A stretch of DNA of 64,000 nucleotides from Obrimoposthia wandeli. Taxonomy: Eukaryota. This document shows, in pieces, positions 12,944 through 26,700 of this stretch. Positions within the stretch are counted from its first letter, which is position 1. Each line of letters starts with the position of its first letter. The notes below the pieces were generated by a model. The model had not been told where the DNA came from. It did no database searches and was given only the letters and a program-made list of their open reading frames with translations. The position numbers were made by a program, and so were the translations under genes. The stretch is taken from contig CDROCS010005585.1 in assembly GCA_977020255.1 (NCBI GenBank), positions 124,001 through 188,000 on the forward strand, read 5' to 3'.

Positions 12944-15900
12944 GTATTAATATCACTCGTAGTTTTCTTTTCAAATCTTTCATGGAATCTTGGGACATGT
13001 GCCACTGCATATTTAAGGATAATTAAGTTACTCTCATCGTGAATTAACGCACGATACTTATTTTTACTTACGAAACATCAAGTTAATTTAAACAATAATG
13101 TTCATATAAAATGATATATAATTTGTAAATACATGCTTAAATGTTATTTTTTATACGTTCAAGTTTGTGAAAATATTTTGTTGATTCTCGTTGAAAGTAT
13201 TTTTTTGGGTTTTTGGTCTTTATTGAAAAATGCAAAAGGAAATTCGCGAGGAGTTAAATGTTGTTTACGATTAGTAGAGTCCTTCAATAGATACAATGAA
13301 GTACTGGTTCAATGAATTTTTAAAGAAATTTCATTTTAAATGTAAATAATAAGGAAAAATTAGGAAACTTGTAAAATCAATGAAAAAGTTAAATAAATCT
13401 CAAAAGGGGAGGAATAAGGAGCTCTAAAAACAATTGGATTTTAGTATGTGTTTTTATAAACATTTTTAGTGGACCCATTGAAATCACGATTGTGCGGTAA
13501 ATACGATCGATTTGTCGTTTAAATTAATTATATTTTAACATTTTTTTCCACATTATAATTACATTGTTTGTTATGTAAATTTTGTTTTACTTATCTGAAA
13601 TTTATTTAACGGGATACATTAATTCAATTCAATTAAAAAAGTGACCTGTACCGATAAAGTCATTTTTAGTCACATGCTGCAGTTTGAGTGAACTGAGTTT
13701 TAATGTCAAAATTAATATAATTTTGATTGGTGTTACTTTATTAAGGACTCTAGTACTTTTTAAAGCAATGAATATAACAATTAATTAAATACTTGACACA
13801 TTAGAAATGTTTTTTAACTGTAATTTTAGCAAATGTAAGGGCCTTGAAATTCTACTTTTATTAAAACTAAATTTTATTTTATTCAGCATTTTACTTACAA
13901 TTCAAAATATATATAGATATGTTGATTAATTATAAAATTATATTAAACCATTTTCTTTTTAAATATATATTATCTGTATTTTTAAAATAATACTTAAGAT
14001 TTAAATGTACTCATTTATATTTATATTAAAAGTATTAATTTAAACTAAAAAACAGCAAAGATAATAATTGTATTACTTATTTTAAAAATAAAATAAATTA
14101 GAGCCGAATTTCAAACAAAATAAATCTTAACCAGAATTTGACCCAAAGAATTAATTTGAAAGAGATGACTGACAAAAGTTGATCAAACATGCTAATGACA
14201 TGTGAACATTATCCAATTCCAACTTAATTGCTAACCACCAAGATTCTCTAAATTGAATACCATAAAGATACATATTTAGCAAAATGCCAGTTACTTACAA
14301 AATTTAACAAACCATTCATAAATTCTTAGTCGGGTTGCGGGAGAAATTATGAGTTACGATAGTTCAGTGATAAATGCACCAATTGCCAGAAGTGATGTTG
14401 TGAGTATTCCGGTTTGTGGCAACTAATTTTCTCACAAATCTTCCAATACTACTTTGATATGCAAAATTGTTACCGATGCACTTAATTTTGAAAAAGTTTT
14501 TGCACTAATTCGTCTGACAATAAAGATGAATTGTTTCGACATTAGCAATCAATCAAACTACAAACCGTTTGAAATTTGACTATTTAAGATCATATAAACA
14601 GAATTAATTTGAAAAAGAATATCTCTTAAATATTTATCGTTACTTAATATTGATTATTTTAATATTCAGGATACCCAGTTGGGAGTATTCTCTGGCAAAC
14701 AGTTCACAAGCAAATATAAACTAATCAGTGAGATTATCTTACAAATTATCTGTAAAAAATATGTGGCTGTAGGATTATAACTTTTAGCTATTTTGGCTTC
14801 TAAATAATGCTCAAGTACTATATAAAATAATTTTATTGATTCAACATTTTTAGTTTTAAAGTCACCTCCATATTTGTATAAAATTCTCTAAATTCAAATC
14901 CTAAGTTCAATTAATTTGAGAGAAACTTTGATAATTGAAAACTAGTAATTTTGTTGACTTTTGAATCGCAAGATTTTTGTGGGACCGTGCATACTAGCAC
15001 AATTAAAGTCAATGAATTTGTATAGATAAACTGTTGTAAACCCTTTCAAATAAAGATATCTTTAAATAGCCCTCATATCTAGGAAACTGCATACGCATAC
15101 GTATCCCACAAAATTTTCATTCTGGATATATCCTAATTTATATTCTATCAATTATTATAGCAGATCCTCCCATACCATATTGTCACTGTTAGCAATAAAA
15201 TTATAATCAGATTCTGGTTCATCTATTATCACCTGGGTGGTTTTAATTTCATAATCACCATTAAAATGCGGTTCTGTTGAGGATGTTTTAAAATATCTAT
15301 GTATTTTCGAGTGAGATTCAATTGCTTTCTGTTGAAGGATTTTCTTTTCCTGGCCTGCGTTTCTGTATCATGTACCACTAATTCTGTAACATCCAACTGA
15401 CATCCCTTAGCAAAAATAAAATATGAGAGGTTAGATATAAGTCAATATGGTAGTCAATATAATATTAATTATATAAAAATACCATTCTGCTTATTAAATT
15501 TATATCACCAAAAATTTACGCAACTCCCAGTAATTTGCCACCCTAGGCAGTTGCATATATTACATAGGCCTTAATATGGCGCTTCTCATATCCAAAAGAT
15601 CACAGTTAGTAATTTTTTCTATATTAAAATTGTTGAAGAAATATCTTGGCTTATTTTAAATAATTTAATTTCAAAATTTATGTAAAATGTTTGATTAAAA
15701 TAAACTGGACTCATTATTGAGAAGAGTAAACCGAATTTGTAAATGCACTGAAAAGACATCTGATTGTATGGAGAGTATAATTAACTTACGGTTGCTACAC
15801 AATGCGCAATCAGATACTCCAATAACTCTTTCTAGCTCAACGATCGTTGAGACAGATTCCTTGAAATTGAAATACGATTTAGAATAGACACGAGAAATCT

Positions 15901-18900
15901 GCTGTCTTCCGCTTATTTGGAGACAATAAAACGGAAATTGTGGTCTTAAAACTAATACTTGACCCATCTTTTTACATGAATATTTGACAGAATGTATTTA
16001 CTTTGACTAAACTAATTTTAAGTTATTGAGTAATGTAATTATTACAATTAATAATAATTAACAAAATTATTAAACTTTGTTAAGACGATTTTATCGGTCC
16101 ATTTGCATTAAGTTAAAAGTTATTAATGTACAAATTTATATTAATTTGTTTTGTTAAATTAGTATTGTAAATAAAGTTGGAAACTATTTTAAATATTTGA
16201 ACATTTTTTTTAATAATTTTTTATATAGATAATAATTTATCTTATTAGTTTTAATGACTTTTCATTTAATATTGTATTTCAGAGGATTATTAAGTTTACA
16301 AAGAATAAATATCAGAAATAATTAAAAATATATATTTATATATAATACGGATTCTTTTTAAAAGTTATAGTTAAGTTTATATATTAATTGAGAAAAATAT
16401 TAAAAAAATAAATTAGTTAAACTTAATCATCTGTTTATGTTTAATTATAGTCAATATTAAAAAGGTTTATTTGCTACAATATGTTTTGTTTGAATTCTTA
16501 TCCAACTATATTTGTAATTTTATGTAATTCAATTAAATTAATAAAATGTATACATTAACTTTTTAACTTAATGCAGAGTGGCCAATAAAAACTGATCAGA
16601 AGTTTTTTTTTATTAAAATAATTTTATTGTAGGAATATAAATTAAATTGGACATTTCAAGTTAAATCGTTTCTTTTTAAATGTACAACTCGTACTTACCA
16701 TTACTGGTCAAATGTCTAATGAACACATAAATTACATTTTTGATTCAATTTTCAATTTTCAGTTAATATTTATGTTTTAAAATATGAATGCCATATTTAC
16801 AAAATCTTATATTTAGAGGTCCAAAATAAATTAATAAAACTATAATATATTTAATACAGCGTCAATGTTAAAAAAATGATTTATTACTCAAATGCACTTA
16901 CTGTTTCACAAGATATATATTCTTCATATTTATTTTCGGAACTGTAAATTCCAGTTGCAACATGAATGTTTCAATAGTGTACCGGTTTCTTATATTCATC
17001 GGTAAACTGTTGTAAATATTCTTAGCATAAACTTCAAATATTCAATCACTGTTTTTATGGTATTTCTTAACAAATATGAAGTGATAGTTGTTGTTCCTAA
17101 GATGCATATACATGCTCACTGGGAGTGAGAAAATTATACAAATAATTGTGTTTTTTATACAGAATACATTTCTTTTGTACAAAATATAATGTTAAATTCA
17201 ATTCTGGTATTGATCAATAGGCAATGAAGCTTCATCTATATAGACTGTTCATAAACAAACTATTATTAAATCAATTCATCCGCTTCAAGTGATGTGTATT
17301 TAACAATCCGGGTATTGAAATATTAATAAATTTGATCCGTGTCAACCTTCAAGTAGTAGTAATACTCAGATTCCGGTGAAAACTCGAAAAATAGATAAAA
17401 CACATATGCGTACAGGTACATGGCTGTGTCACGGCCGCTCAAGTATTCGCGACACGCCAGCAGCTTCACACGGGTCTATGTCAGCATCGCAGCAGTGTGG
17501 GTTACCTCATTCGTAATCGCTTTGCCAATTGCTTGTGGCCTCAACAACACCGAACATCGTCTTCCTCACACATGCAGCCTCAACAGCCCTAACTTCATAA
17601 TACTTTCCTCCCTTGGCTCATTTTACCTTCCCGCCATCCTACTGCTCATTCTATACTTGCTCATCTTCCGCCTCATCCGACTGCGGACTCGACGAAGTCT
17701 TCTAAATCAAGCAGGCGGCACTGGCAGGTAATTTTATACAATTTTTTTATTTAATTTTATGCGTTTCTAAAGTTATGTGCCTTGTTGAATTTCATATTTA
17801 TTAAAACCTTTCCCCTTATAATTATTATCAGATAAATCCTAGAAATTATGAATTAATACCAAATCAATTATTGAAATACATTTTAATAGCTGATTAGTTT
17901 GAATTCTACGGAAGCCCAATAATTGTTCGAAAAAAAGGAACATATATGGAACAGGAACAGAAATTCTTAATTATCGTACTATTGTTGGGTTTCCAATTGA
18001 GACTAGATGGAGGCCCCCAACGTGAGTTCTGTAGCGATAGAGCTTACAGTTGGATGTGGCTTACCTGTTCGGGCCCTACCTAATTCTAGTATCAATCTAA
18101 AGGTTTTGTGTCTTATTGTTTTGTGGTGTATTCAAGAAGTTGTGTTCACAGAATATATTGTAGGGCCCCAAAGCTAGTGAGGTGTGATGTAACGCAGGGT
18201 GAATAGTTTATCAGCTGAGTTAGCTTTTATGTCAGAAGGGTCTGGCAACACCAATACCGAATATCGATTAAACAGAGCCGGGGCCAATCGACGTAGACAA
18301 TACTCCTCTGAATCTGCCAGCACGTGGAATATTGTCTCGTGGGTTGTCCTTTCGCTAACCTATATGTTAGGGGCACACGAATTTCACAAGAGAGTTGGTT
18401 CTGAATAAGTAAATCCGATCGATTCCGCTAGAATAACAATATTTGACTTAATACACTTAGAACTTTCTAAAATTACTACAGAAATACACAATAGGGTTGA
18501 TACTTTCTATGTATATATTTTTATACGCCTCCTACTATAATTGCCTTCAAATTATTCCTCTTGCCTTTCTACCCGTTTATTTAACTATTCGCTATGTTAT
18601 AATATCGTCAAATTATCTCAACAATTCTGCAATATGACAATTACACTATTTTCTAATATCTTCAAATGATAACAGTTACACAAATACAATGATTACACTA
18701 TCGACACCAACTGTTTTTATATCTGTTGGAATTTCCGAAGAAGGGTACTTAGCGCGGATTCGGCCTACAATACTTTCGATCCAAATTGTATGAGATGGTA
18801 ATTCGCGGATAACTCGCTGCGTGATTCCTCTTCTATGTGGCGTGACAACTTCTTCCTTATAGCTTTCTCGGAATTCTTTTTCTGTCTCTTATTAAGGATT

Positions 18901-21900
18901 GAGGGAATATCCTCCTGTTGATGCGTGAGATCAGCTCGGATTGAATCTCCCGTCTCGTTGAAATTCTAAATGGGTTTCTGTTGATTGCTAATGGTCTACA
19001 GATGTGATTTCTCACTAAAAATAAATTTTACATTTTCCATCCTGTAACAATTCTAATCTAGATTTTCCGGGCCTATCTTCTTTGTGGAAATTATTCATTA
19101 TTATTTTTGACCCTTCTATACTATTTTATCTAACTTTTATACAGATATTCTAACCTAACTTAATTTTTTTATTTATTTCTAAATTCTAGTTTTATACAAT
19201 TAATTATTTTATTAATTTATTTTCTTAACCTTCATTATTATAACTTATTTATTTAGTTATATTTTTAGTTTCCTAGCCTCAACACTATTATACGAATTCC
19301 TGCAAATGCTATCAGTGACCGTAAAGTTACCAGTCAAAAGAGAAAAGATAGTCGTTCCCCTTCAAGGACAAGTTCTAATAATAAAGTAACTACTTTTAGG
19401 ATATAAGCAGAAAAGTGAATTAATATTTACCACATTTCAATGTATAAAATTTTAAAGACAATAAAAAATACTTGACGTTTATAATTTGAAGAAATGGTAA
19501 AATTGCTTAATCAAAATGACAGTTTTTTAGAGAGATATTATTTGATGATAGACCCATTTTTATTTAATTGAAGAGGTTAACAAGTATAATTGTGTTTACT
19601 GGAGTGATAAGAGACCTACAAGATGCGATAATTTTGAAATTCCCCTTCATTTTGAGAAAGTAACAGTGTGGACAGGAGTTAGGTTAGGTGGCATTATTGC
19701 ACTGTATTTTATAAACGGAACAGTAATTGAAGAAAATTATTACGGTATATTACAAAACTGGTTCCTCCTCCAATTGCAGAACTTATTTGTGTTTCAAGAA
19801 GGTAAGCTTTGGTTTATTCAAGATAGTAGAAAGAGATGACGAGGCCAATATGTCGTTGTGTCAGTTGACATGATATTTGAACTGTTTTCTGGTGGTTTGG
19901 ATGTAGTACTGGAGGGCCCCAAGCCGGACGTCTGTTGTTGGGTAATTTTGTTTAGTTGATAGTTTTAGTGAGTTTGTTGAAGTTAGTCTTGTTTTTTAGT
20001 TTTGGTTGGTAATTAGGTCTGATTATGGGGGTATGTTGTTAATTCATTGCTGCTTAAGCAAATTTGCTTAATCAATAATTAATTTAAATGGGCCAATGAA
20101 AGGCCAACAAATTTTCATGCAATTTGAGTGCTTTGTTGTCAATGTATATTCATTGTGTTTATGAATGTCTGACTAAATAAAAAAAAACAATTAAGTTATG
20201 AAGCTTCTATAAGCGTAGATAGAAACCAGGAGCAAGTTGTCAAATCAAATCTTTATAAAACATTTCGAGAACTCGCAGTTATGTTGTAGATACACCATTC
20301 AACCATTTCCAGGCATTTGTCTGGAATGAATATAATGGAAAAATTAGAAAAATTGGTACCTCACGATTTAACAGAAAGTCAAAAATTAATAGATTTGATT
20401 TGTTTCTCACTTTTATTTAGACCAAATTTTACTAAAATTTATCAAAATTTTAATTTACTAACATTAAACAAATATGCAATTCAAAAATCGCAACGGCATT
20501 TCAATGTTTATATATTTCAATAAATACTAGTTTACTTTAAGCAAATTTATTGACAATCTCTATTTCCTTTAGAAATGATGAGAGATCGCATCAGTTGTTT
20601 ACAAGGATTTCAAATCAGTTCACATAGAAACCTTGAGATTAAGCGTCTTATTTTTCAGAAACACATAACCCTCGTTAAACCACCATCAATGGTAACAGTA
20701 TTTAACGAGAGATTTGTCGAGGGTGGCCGTACAGCGGAGTATTATTTTTGACACTTAAGTGATACTCTAAACATTTATACATATCGGAAATATTACAAAT
20801 GCATTCGCGTAGTACATCTGTTTTAATTACGAAATAAATTTAATGAAAATATGTCATTTCAAAATTTTAAATAATTAAAATAGTCAGTAATTTTTGACTG
20901 TGTTTTATCCTTTAGACAAAGGGAATTAAAACAAGTTTGTATTGAAATAAACTTACAGAAGTTTGTGACAACTTGAAAACCCTGCTTTATATCAATGTCG
21001 GTTGGAGGAATTTTTACAACTAACTTAGGTTCAATTACAAATATGATTTGGTTAGTTTTCGGATGATTGAAATAATTTCAGTAATTTTAAGATGTTAGTT
21101 CGAGCCATTTTATCTACACCATTGTTTTCTTGGGGACTCTTTCGATGAGTTTCCTCCATGAAACCGGAAATCCTGTTTTAAAAATGTAATATAAATTACG
21201 TATAAGGACGTATTTGACAACAATTTATCTCTTAAAACACGTTTTAAATCCATACGCGTCATACAGAGTATCTTCATTTATCATTAGAGAAATGCCGAGG
21301 TCTACTAAACCAAATTGTTTCCAGCAGTTTGTAACTGTCGTTGGATTTAGTTCTAGACAAATACTTAAGATAAAAAATATACTATATGTTATTGATATAG
21401 TTGGCTTGTTACACATCATAATGTTCAATGAAGCGACATAGTTATTGGGGCCTGTAAAGGGTTTTCAGGGTCCGTATGATTCTAGCGTCACATGGTAACA
21501 ATTGTAAAGTAATATTTGAAGGTAAAAAGTGAATATTAATATTTGAGATTGTCTGGAACAATATGGGTTTAAGCATTGTTCATTGTAAGACGTTTGGAAC
21601 GCTGTTCCTGTATCATGTTTTTGTTAAATTTAATGATTCATTCTTGAAATATCGCTCAGCCAAGCTTTTTTAATGAAGAAACATTCACAAAACGGCTCTA
21701 ATCTAAAGGTTTCCCGCTTAAATTGACGAGTTCTTTTGTTCTTGAAGATGATAATCAGTTTTCTCTTGTCATCATCAGTAGCATTTGTACAAATAGACAC
21801 AATATTACATGCTGTTGACTGCTAAATTTCAAAGGATTTGGAACTAAAGCTTCTATTTAAGGATAAACGTACATTGTATATTTTTAGTAAATAAATTTGG

Positions 21901-24060
21901 TGGTAAAGCGGAGTAAATGTATTATTTTTAATATATATTGCAGAGGCGGTATGACAGGATTCTATTAATAAAAATTGTTTCAATTAAAATTTCTGTCTAT
22001 AAATGGGATTGGAGGTATAACGGAGGTTGGTATAACGTTTTACTGTATAAGCGTCTTTTGAATTAGAAAAATATTTTCAACTGAAATTGACGCCTGAATT
22101 ACAATAAAAACTGATTAAAAAAACCTTAGAGCATCCATTGTTTCCGCAGAACGTACTGCAACAGCCAACCAACTACACCCATCTCAGTACTACATGGCCC
22201 CACGGCCAATGGCACAGTGAAGGTACCCAGCAATCGCGATCGTCAATGTCGAGCTGAGCGCCGTCAGCGTCAGCGCCTCAATACAGCACTCACAACTGAC
22301 GTACTGTTCGGCATGACGGCGGTGGCTGCTCCACGGACGACGATGACCGCTGAAAGCAGCAGTAACAGTCAAGCAGGTGGTGGTGGTTCCAGTGGGGCAG
22401 CGATGGGCACTGCAGTGTTTGGTGCCGCCTTTGTGTGCATAAACCCGATCATTTTGAGTCCACGCCGCGGCAGCTTTCAGCCTGAGGACACGATAACGAC
22501 TACACGAGATACGGACCGCGATTCTGACTACGACTCGGCCACCGCCCTCACCGATGAGGAGGGATTCGTCGCCGAGTATATGGAACAGAGGAACCAAGAA
22601 CGCGAGATTCGTCTCCAGCAACATCAACAACAGCAACAGCTATGTCAGGTATGTATAACTTTCGATTTTCAACTGCCCAACAAACTCTCTTATGTTTGTC
22701 AACTATCCCATTTGAATAGAAAGTATACTCATCACTGAATATAGGTTTTTGAAGAAAAGCGGGATTCTGAATCAACTATTGTTTTTTTTCTTCACAAAAT
22801 TGAACTCGACCAGCTTCGTCATCATTCGAAACTTCATGAGAGAAACTTAGCATTCAAGGCCTTAAGCCAATATCATCATGAAGATATAATTTTCCTATTT
22901 TTAGAACTTAGTATTGAGAAATATGCACATGGTATCTGTTTATTCCTTGCACAGTAACTAATATTTTTTGAATAACTTTTTATAGAAAATAATAACTTTG
23001 AAATGCTAAAATTATGTAGTACCTGCTGTACTACTTGAAGAGTATGTAGATTTTGAAATTTATTTTTAAATATATCTTTTACTTTAGCAGAACTCTCAAA
23101 TACTATTAAGCATTATGTAGTAAAACATATGTATATATATATATTAAGAAACTTGCAATAATATTGATTATCCTTTAAACGTGATAACATTGATACTAAA
23201 GAATTTTGAATAACCTTGTAATATACTTTTAAGAATGTATATAACATATTTGATTAAAATTTAATTATGAGTTGAGTTGCAATCAATATGAAAGCAGTAC
23301 AACTATTGACTAAGGCTTCTTGTGAAGACAAGCACGCAGAGTCGCGCTCAGTTCGCTGTGGAGTGGGGCCTCACGAAATTCCGCGAGTACCAGCGATACC
23401 GCCAGAAGCTGGCTAAGCGCGGTTTCAATGCTGAGTTGGTGCGGCGCCTAGCCCTCGACAAGGTCGTGCGCCCCGGTGATCTGAGTAGCAGTGACGACGA
23501 CATTGACGACTGCAGCGGCTCCACGACCCAGTGGTCGCTCAAATCGATCCGTCAGCGACATAAGCAATTCCGACAAACCCTTTCTAATAAATTTGACGGC
23601 CAAAGACTGGCTATGTCACTGAAACAGCTATCGGGGTTCCGCAGAAAAGATAACAGAACGCATAAAAAGATATCCGAAAAGTCCGCTGCTAAGCGTGAAA
23701 AGAAGGCCACCAAAACACTAGTTATTGTACTTGGTGAGTTTAAAACTTTAAGTCTTTGTTAATTTTACTGAAAATTGTAAACAAGGTATCCATTGAGGTG
23801 GTATATTTTGTAATGCAGTTATCTTCCTGGCTTGCTGGCTGCCATTCTTTACCTTCAACGTCACACATGCCCTCTGTCTTCGGTTGAGTACTCTGTCAAT
23901 TTCTTACCCTATATGTCGGCTCAAGGACCGAGCTCCAGGCAGCCTTTTCATTTGGTTAGGCTACATCAACTCCTGCCTCAATCCCGTCATATACACCATA
24001 TTCAACAAGGACTATCGTCGAGCCTTCAAAAAACTTCTATCCGTAAAGCATTGTGTCTGA
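12831..24060 (+). CDS. Dop2R: D2-like dopamine receptor (class A GPCR), 5'-partial; exons 12831-12943, 17416-17727, 22150-22648, 23328-23733, 23819-24060 (1572 nt = 523 aa + TGA)
   Basis: Exons join in frame at GT-AG sites. Motifs: TM3 [21 protein letters not shown] (amine-binding Asp, DRY), TM5 [13 protein letters not shown] (three catechol serines), TM6 [11 protein letters not shown]7 [14 protein letters not shown]. Long ICL3 and very short Cys-containing C-tail are the D2-like architecture. Subfamily assigned from recalled motifs, not a tree. Confidence 0.9.
16949..17110. repeat. Dispersed repeat family 2, copy a (copy b 53734-53903)
   Basis: Shared tccag(t/c)tgcaac...gtttcttatattcatcggt...ttgttcctaagatgcatat. 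Confidence 0.75.
17416..17727 (+). CDS. Dop2R: Dop2R exon: ICL2-TM4-ECL2-TM5
   Basis: tacag|GTACATG...GGCAG|gtaatt; [10 protein letters not shown]...[33 protein letters not shown]...; 312 nt, phase 2 to 2. Confidence 0.93.
18188..19370. mobile_element. Possible LTR-like segment
   Basis: GC-richer noncoding block bounded by TGTAACG...GGACA (TG..CA); no TSD or PBS seen. Confidence 0.3.
19480..19830 (+). mobile_element. Tc1/mariner-superfamily transposase remnant
   Basis: [18 protein letters not shown]...[22 protein letters not shown]...[10 protein letters not shown]...WFIQD follows the DDE-domain consensus; truncated by repeat family 1. Confidence 0.8.
19842..20182. repeat. Dispersed repeat family 1, copy b
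   Basis: Matches 7477-7806; abuts the truncated Tc1-type transposase. Confidence 0.9.
20230..20450 (+). mobile_element. mariner transposase N-terminal remnant
   Basis: [19 protein letters not shown] (HTH) followed by [15 protein letters not shown] (WVPHEL motif). Confidence 0.8.
21240..21830 (-). mobile_element. pogo/Tigger (DDE_1) transposase pseudogene
   Basis: [49 protein letters not shown]; frameshifted. Confidence 0.8.
22150..22648 (+). CDS. Dop2R: Dop2R exon: ICL3 part 1
   Basis: tttccgcag|A ACG TAC...TGTCAG|gtatgt; open GC-rich frame matching ORF 22217..22738; phase 2 to 0. Confidence 0.85.
23328..23733 (+). CDS. Dop2R: Dop2R exon: ICL3 part 2 and start of TM6
   Basis: Ends [15 protein letters not shown]|gtgagt. 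Acceptor most likely gtgaag|ACA; in-frame alternatives at 23340 and 23352. Confidence 0.85.
23819..24060 (+). CDS. Dop2R: Dop2R last exon: TM6-TM7-C-tail
   Basis: aatgcag|TT ATC TTC CTG GCT TGC TGG CTG CCA; ...[26 protein letters not shown]; frame not in the ORF track. Confidence 0.93.
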
Positions 24061-26339
24061 CAACAAAGGTGCGATAAAAATAAAAATATACTAGATGATT
24101 TTAAGCTAATACATAAGGTCAATGTCACATTTTGTCATTGATATAATTTTATTCATGTGTAAATCATTAAACAGTTTAAAGAAAGTGGACAATTCGATCA
24201 AATCACACATAATTCCAGTTGAAAAGATTAATCCAGAATAAATCAAGAAGATCGGTGCTATTTAAAGAAAATAGCTTTTTGAAAGATTGGCATTAACAAA
24301 TAAGGATTAGTAAAAGCATGAACGTAAAAAGATTTTGATCAATATAAGATCCCGAAACGTTAGTAGAGAAACGACAGAGCTTTTTTAAATGATAAAAATT
24401 AATGTAAAACATAAAATTAAATATTCTGAATATATTAAACATTAATAAAAAATAAGATTTATTATTCTTCTGTGTGTTTAACTAATGAACTTCATTAACG
24501 AGGGGTCACTTTTGTCGGAAGGCCTTGAAACAATAAACAATTAGTTTTAACTCTTAAGGTTAGTGCATAATTGTTTTATTTTTAAAACAAATAAAAAGTC
24601 ATATGTATTCACTTTAATTTTATTAATGTTAAAGTTTCCAATTATTGTAGTATTATATATAAAATTATAAATAAAAGATCTACTCAATAATATTAACTAA
24701 TAATTTATAATCATAAATGAAAGAAATATAGATTCTATAAACATTACTGATATATTAATTTTATTAAACAGTTAATAGCATATTTAAAATTGTAACTGTA
24801 AATTAAAGCTTGTTTAACTGTATAAATATATTTTTAAAACTAGTCCATAGTATGGACTCTATACGACAAAAATGAACCCCTGCTGATTAAATAGAATATT
24901 TTAATTATTCAATATTGACATACATATCCTCGACACCATCAAATATGCTAATTAATATTGCACAAATAATTTTAAAATAAATGCATCAACTTGTTACAAT
25001 TGATTTAATATTGACCTTCAATTATTTTATTTAGATTTTTTTAATAATTTTCACAGTACTGATAATTTTTTTATAATTAAATTTAATTGACAATCGTTTA
25101 AATATATTTGAAACTTCTAAGTTTTAATAAATTCGATTGATATTCAACACATGATTTACTTTTACTAAATTTTATTTTTAATTAAAATAAATAATAATTT
25201 TTAAAACCAGTAAATTAAACTGTGTAAAGATTTACAAACTAAAACTATCAGAATATCTTGTCAAATATTATTAAGCAAGAATTATCAAAAATGTATGTTA
25301 AAATCTTTAAAAATCTTATAATTATAAACATCTAAAATTACAACAAAATGATTATAATTCGTTGAAATATATTAGAAAACAACGTTCAAATTCCGAAATT
25401 TTAAATAGTTTAAAGTATCAATTTAGATGTAGACTGTAAATAGTTCCAGTTACCAGTGATCTGTTGTTGATTGATGGTTACAATTATAACAACATTGCTG
25501 AAAGAAAAATTGTAAAATATGAAATCATTTGGAATCTGAAAATTACATCTGTAGTCCCACGAAAATTACAAAACAAGCAATATGATATTCAGGCAAAAGG
25601 TTGCCGATAAACATTATATATTAATTACAAATTATTTGTAGAATGGAATATAAAAATTGATCTGTTGACTATAAAGATTATATTGAAATAAAACTAATTG
25701 ATTTCTCAATTTCAGTTCAACCAAAATTCCATCGTCGATTCCAGAGCCTCAAATATCGGCTTCGACCTTTCCTCTTGAACAATTTTCTGCAACATATTGA
25801 CTAAAAAGAGATACATGTCTAAATTGATAATAAGTTTATATGGTTCATGCCTATGTGAAAAAGCAAAATTGTATATTTTCTGTCTATTCAAATACATTTT
25901 ATCAATGTTCTTATTTCCGATTAGTTTTTCAATGAATCCGTTTTTCAGCTTTTTTCTTATTAGCTCCCTGCCAATATTTTTTGTAGGAATCTATGCAAGT
26001 GTACGCAATAATGACTTGAACATGAAATTTAATATGACAACATTAAAGTACATGTATTTTGAAAGACATTTCATAAAAGTTAATTAAAATCAAATTGTTA
26101 CTAAAATATATCCCTTTGATTTATATTAACAAAAAAGAATTTCCATATAAAATAAATAACCTTTATTTAATCAAAAATAATCCGTTAATTAATTGGACTT
26201 TAAAAAAAATTCAGCAAAAGATTTTTACAAATCAAGACTTTAAATCTTTTCATTTAAAATGTACAAGGGGAGATTTTTTTGAAACAGACTTTTATTTGAT
26301 AAAATAGCTGAAATTAAAAATGTATTCATATATATATTT

Positions 26340-26700
26340 CAAAGAACTAACTTCGCACTTCCCCATTCGTAGGTACTAAATCGACGACCACTTGCATGAA
26401 AGCTTATTGTATTTTACAAACTATAGGACCATAGAAAACAGGAATATCTTTAATGTGTGTATATGAACGCGAAAGTTTCATAGAAAAAAATATGCTTCTT
26501 TGATGAAGCTGCCTTACTTTACTTTCCATCTCTGGAATCTAAAAAACACAAGGTAACCGATCAACAAAATACTTTATATTTAAAAAAGAAATTGACTCAA
26601 AATTCCCGGTTGGAACACGAGTTAGACTTAGTGAGATACAAACTTGTTGTAGAAAATGTCGCATATTCATTTGCAAAAAACATTTATATGACTTTTCGGT
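26340..26700 (+). mobile_element. piggyBac-like transposase C-terminal remnant
   Basis: TCCRKCRIFICKKH resembles the piggyBac cysteine-rich domain; upstream frame decayed. Confidence 0.45.

Noticed and set aside
22814-22931. Possible extra ICL3 exon (ccag|[10 protein letters not shown]...)
   Set aside because: The only good donor is phase 1, while the next exon's acceptors are phase 0 or 2.
22190-23542. Minus-strand ORFs 22190..22636 and 23348..23542
   Set aside because: Antisense shadows of the GC-rich receptor exons.
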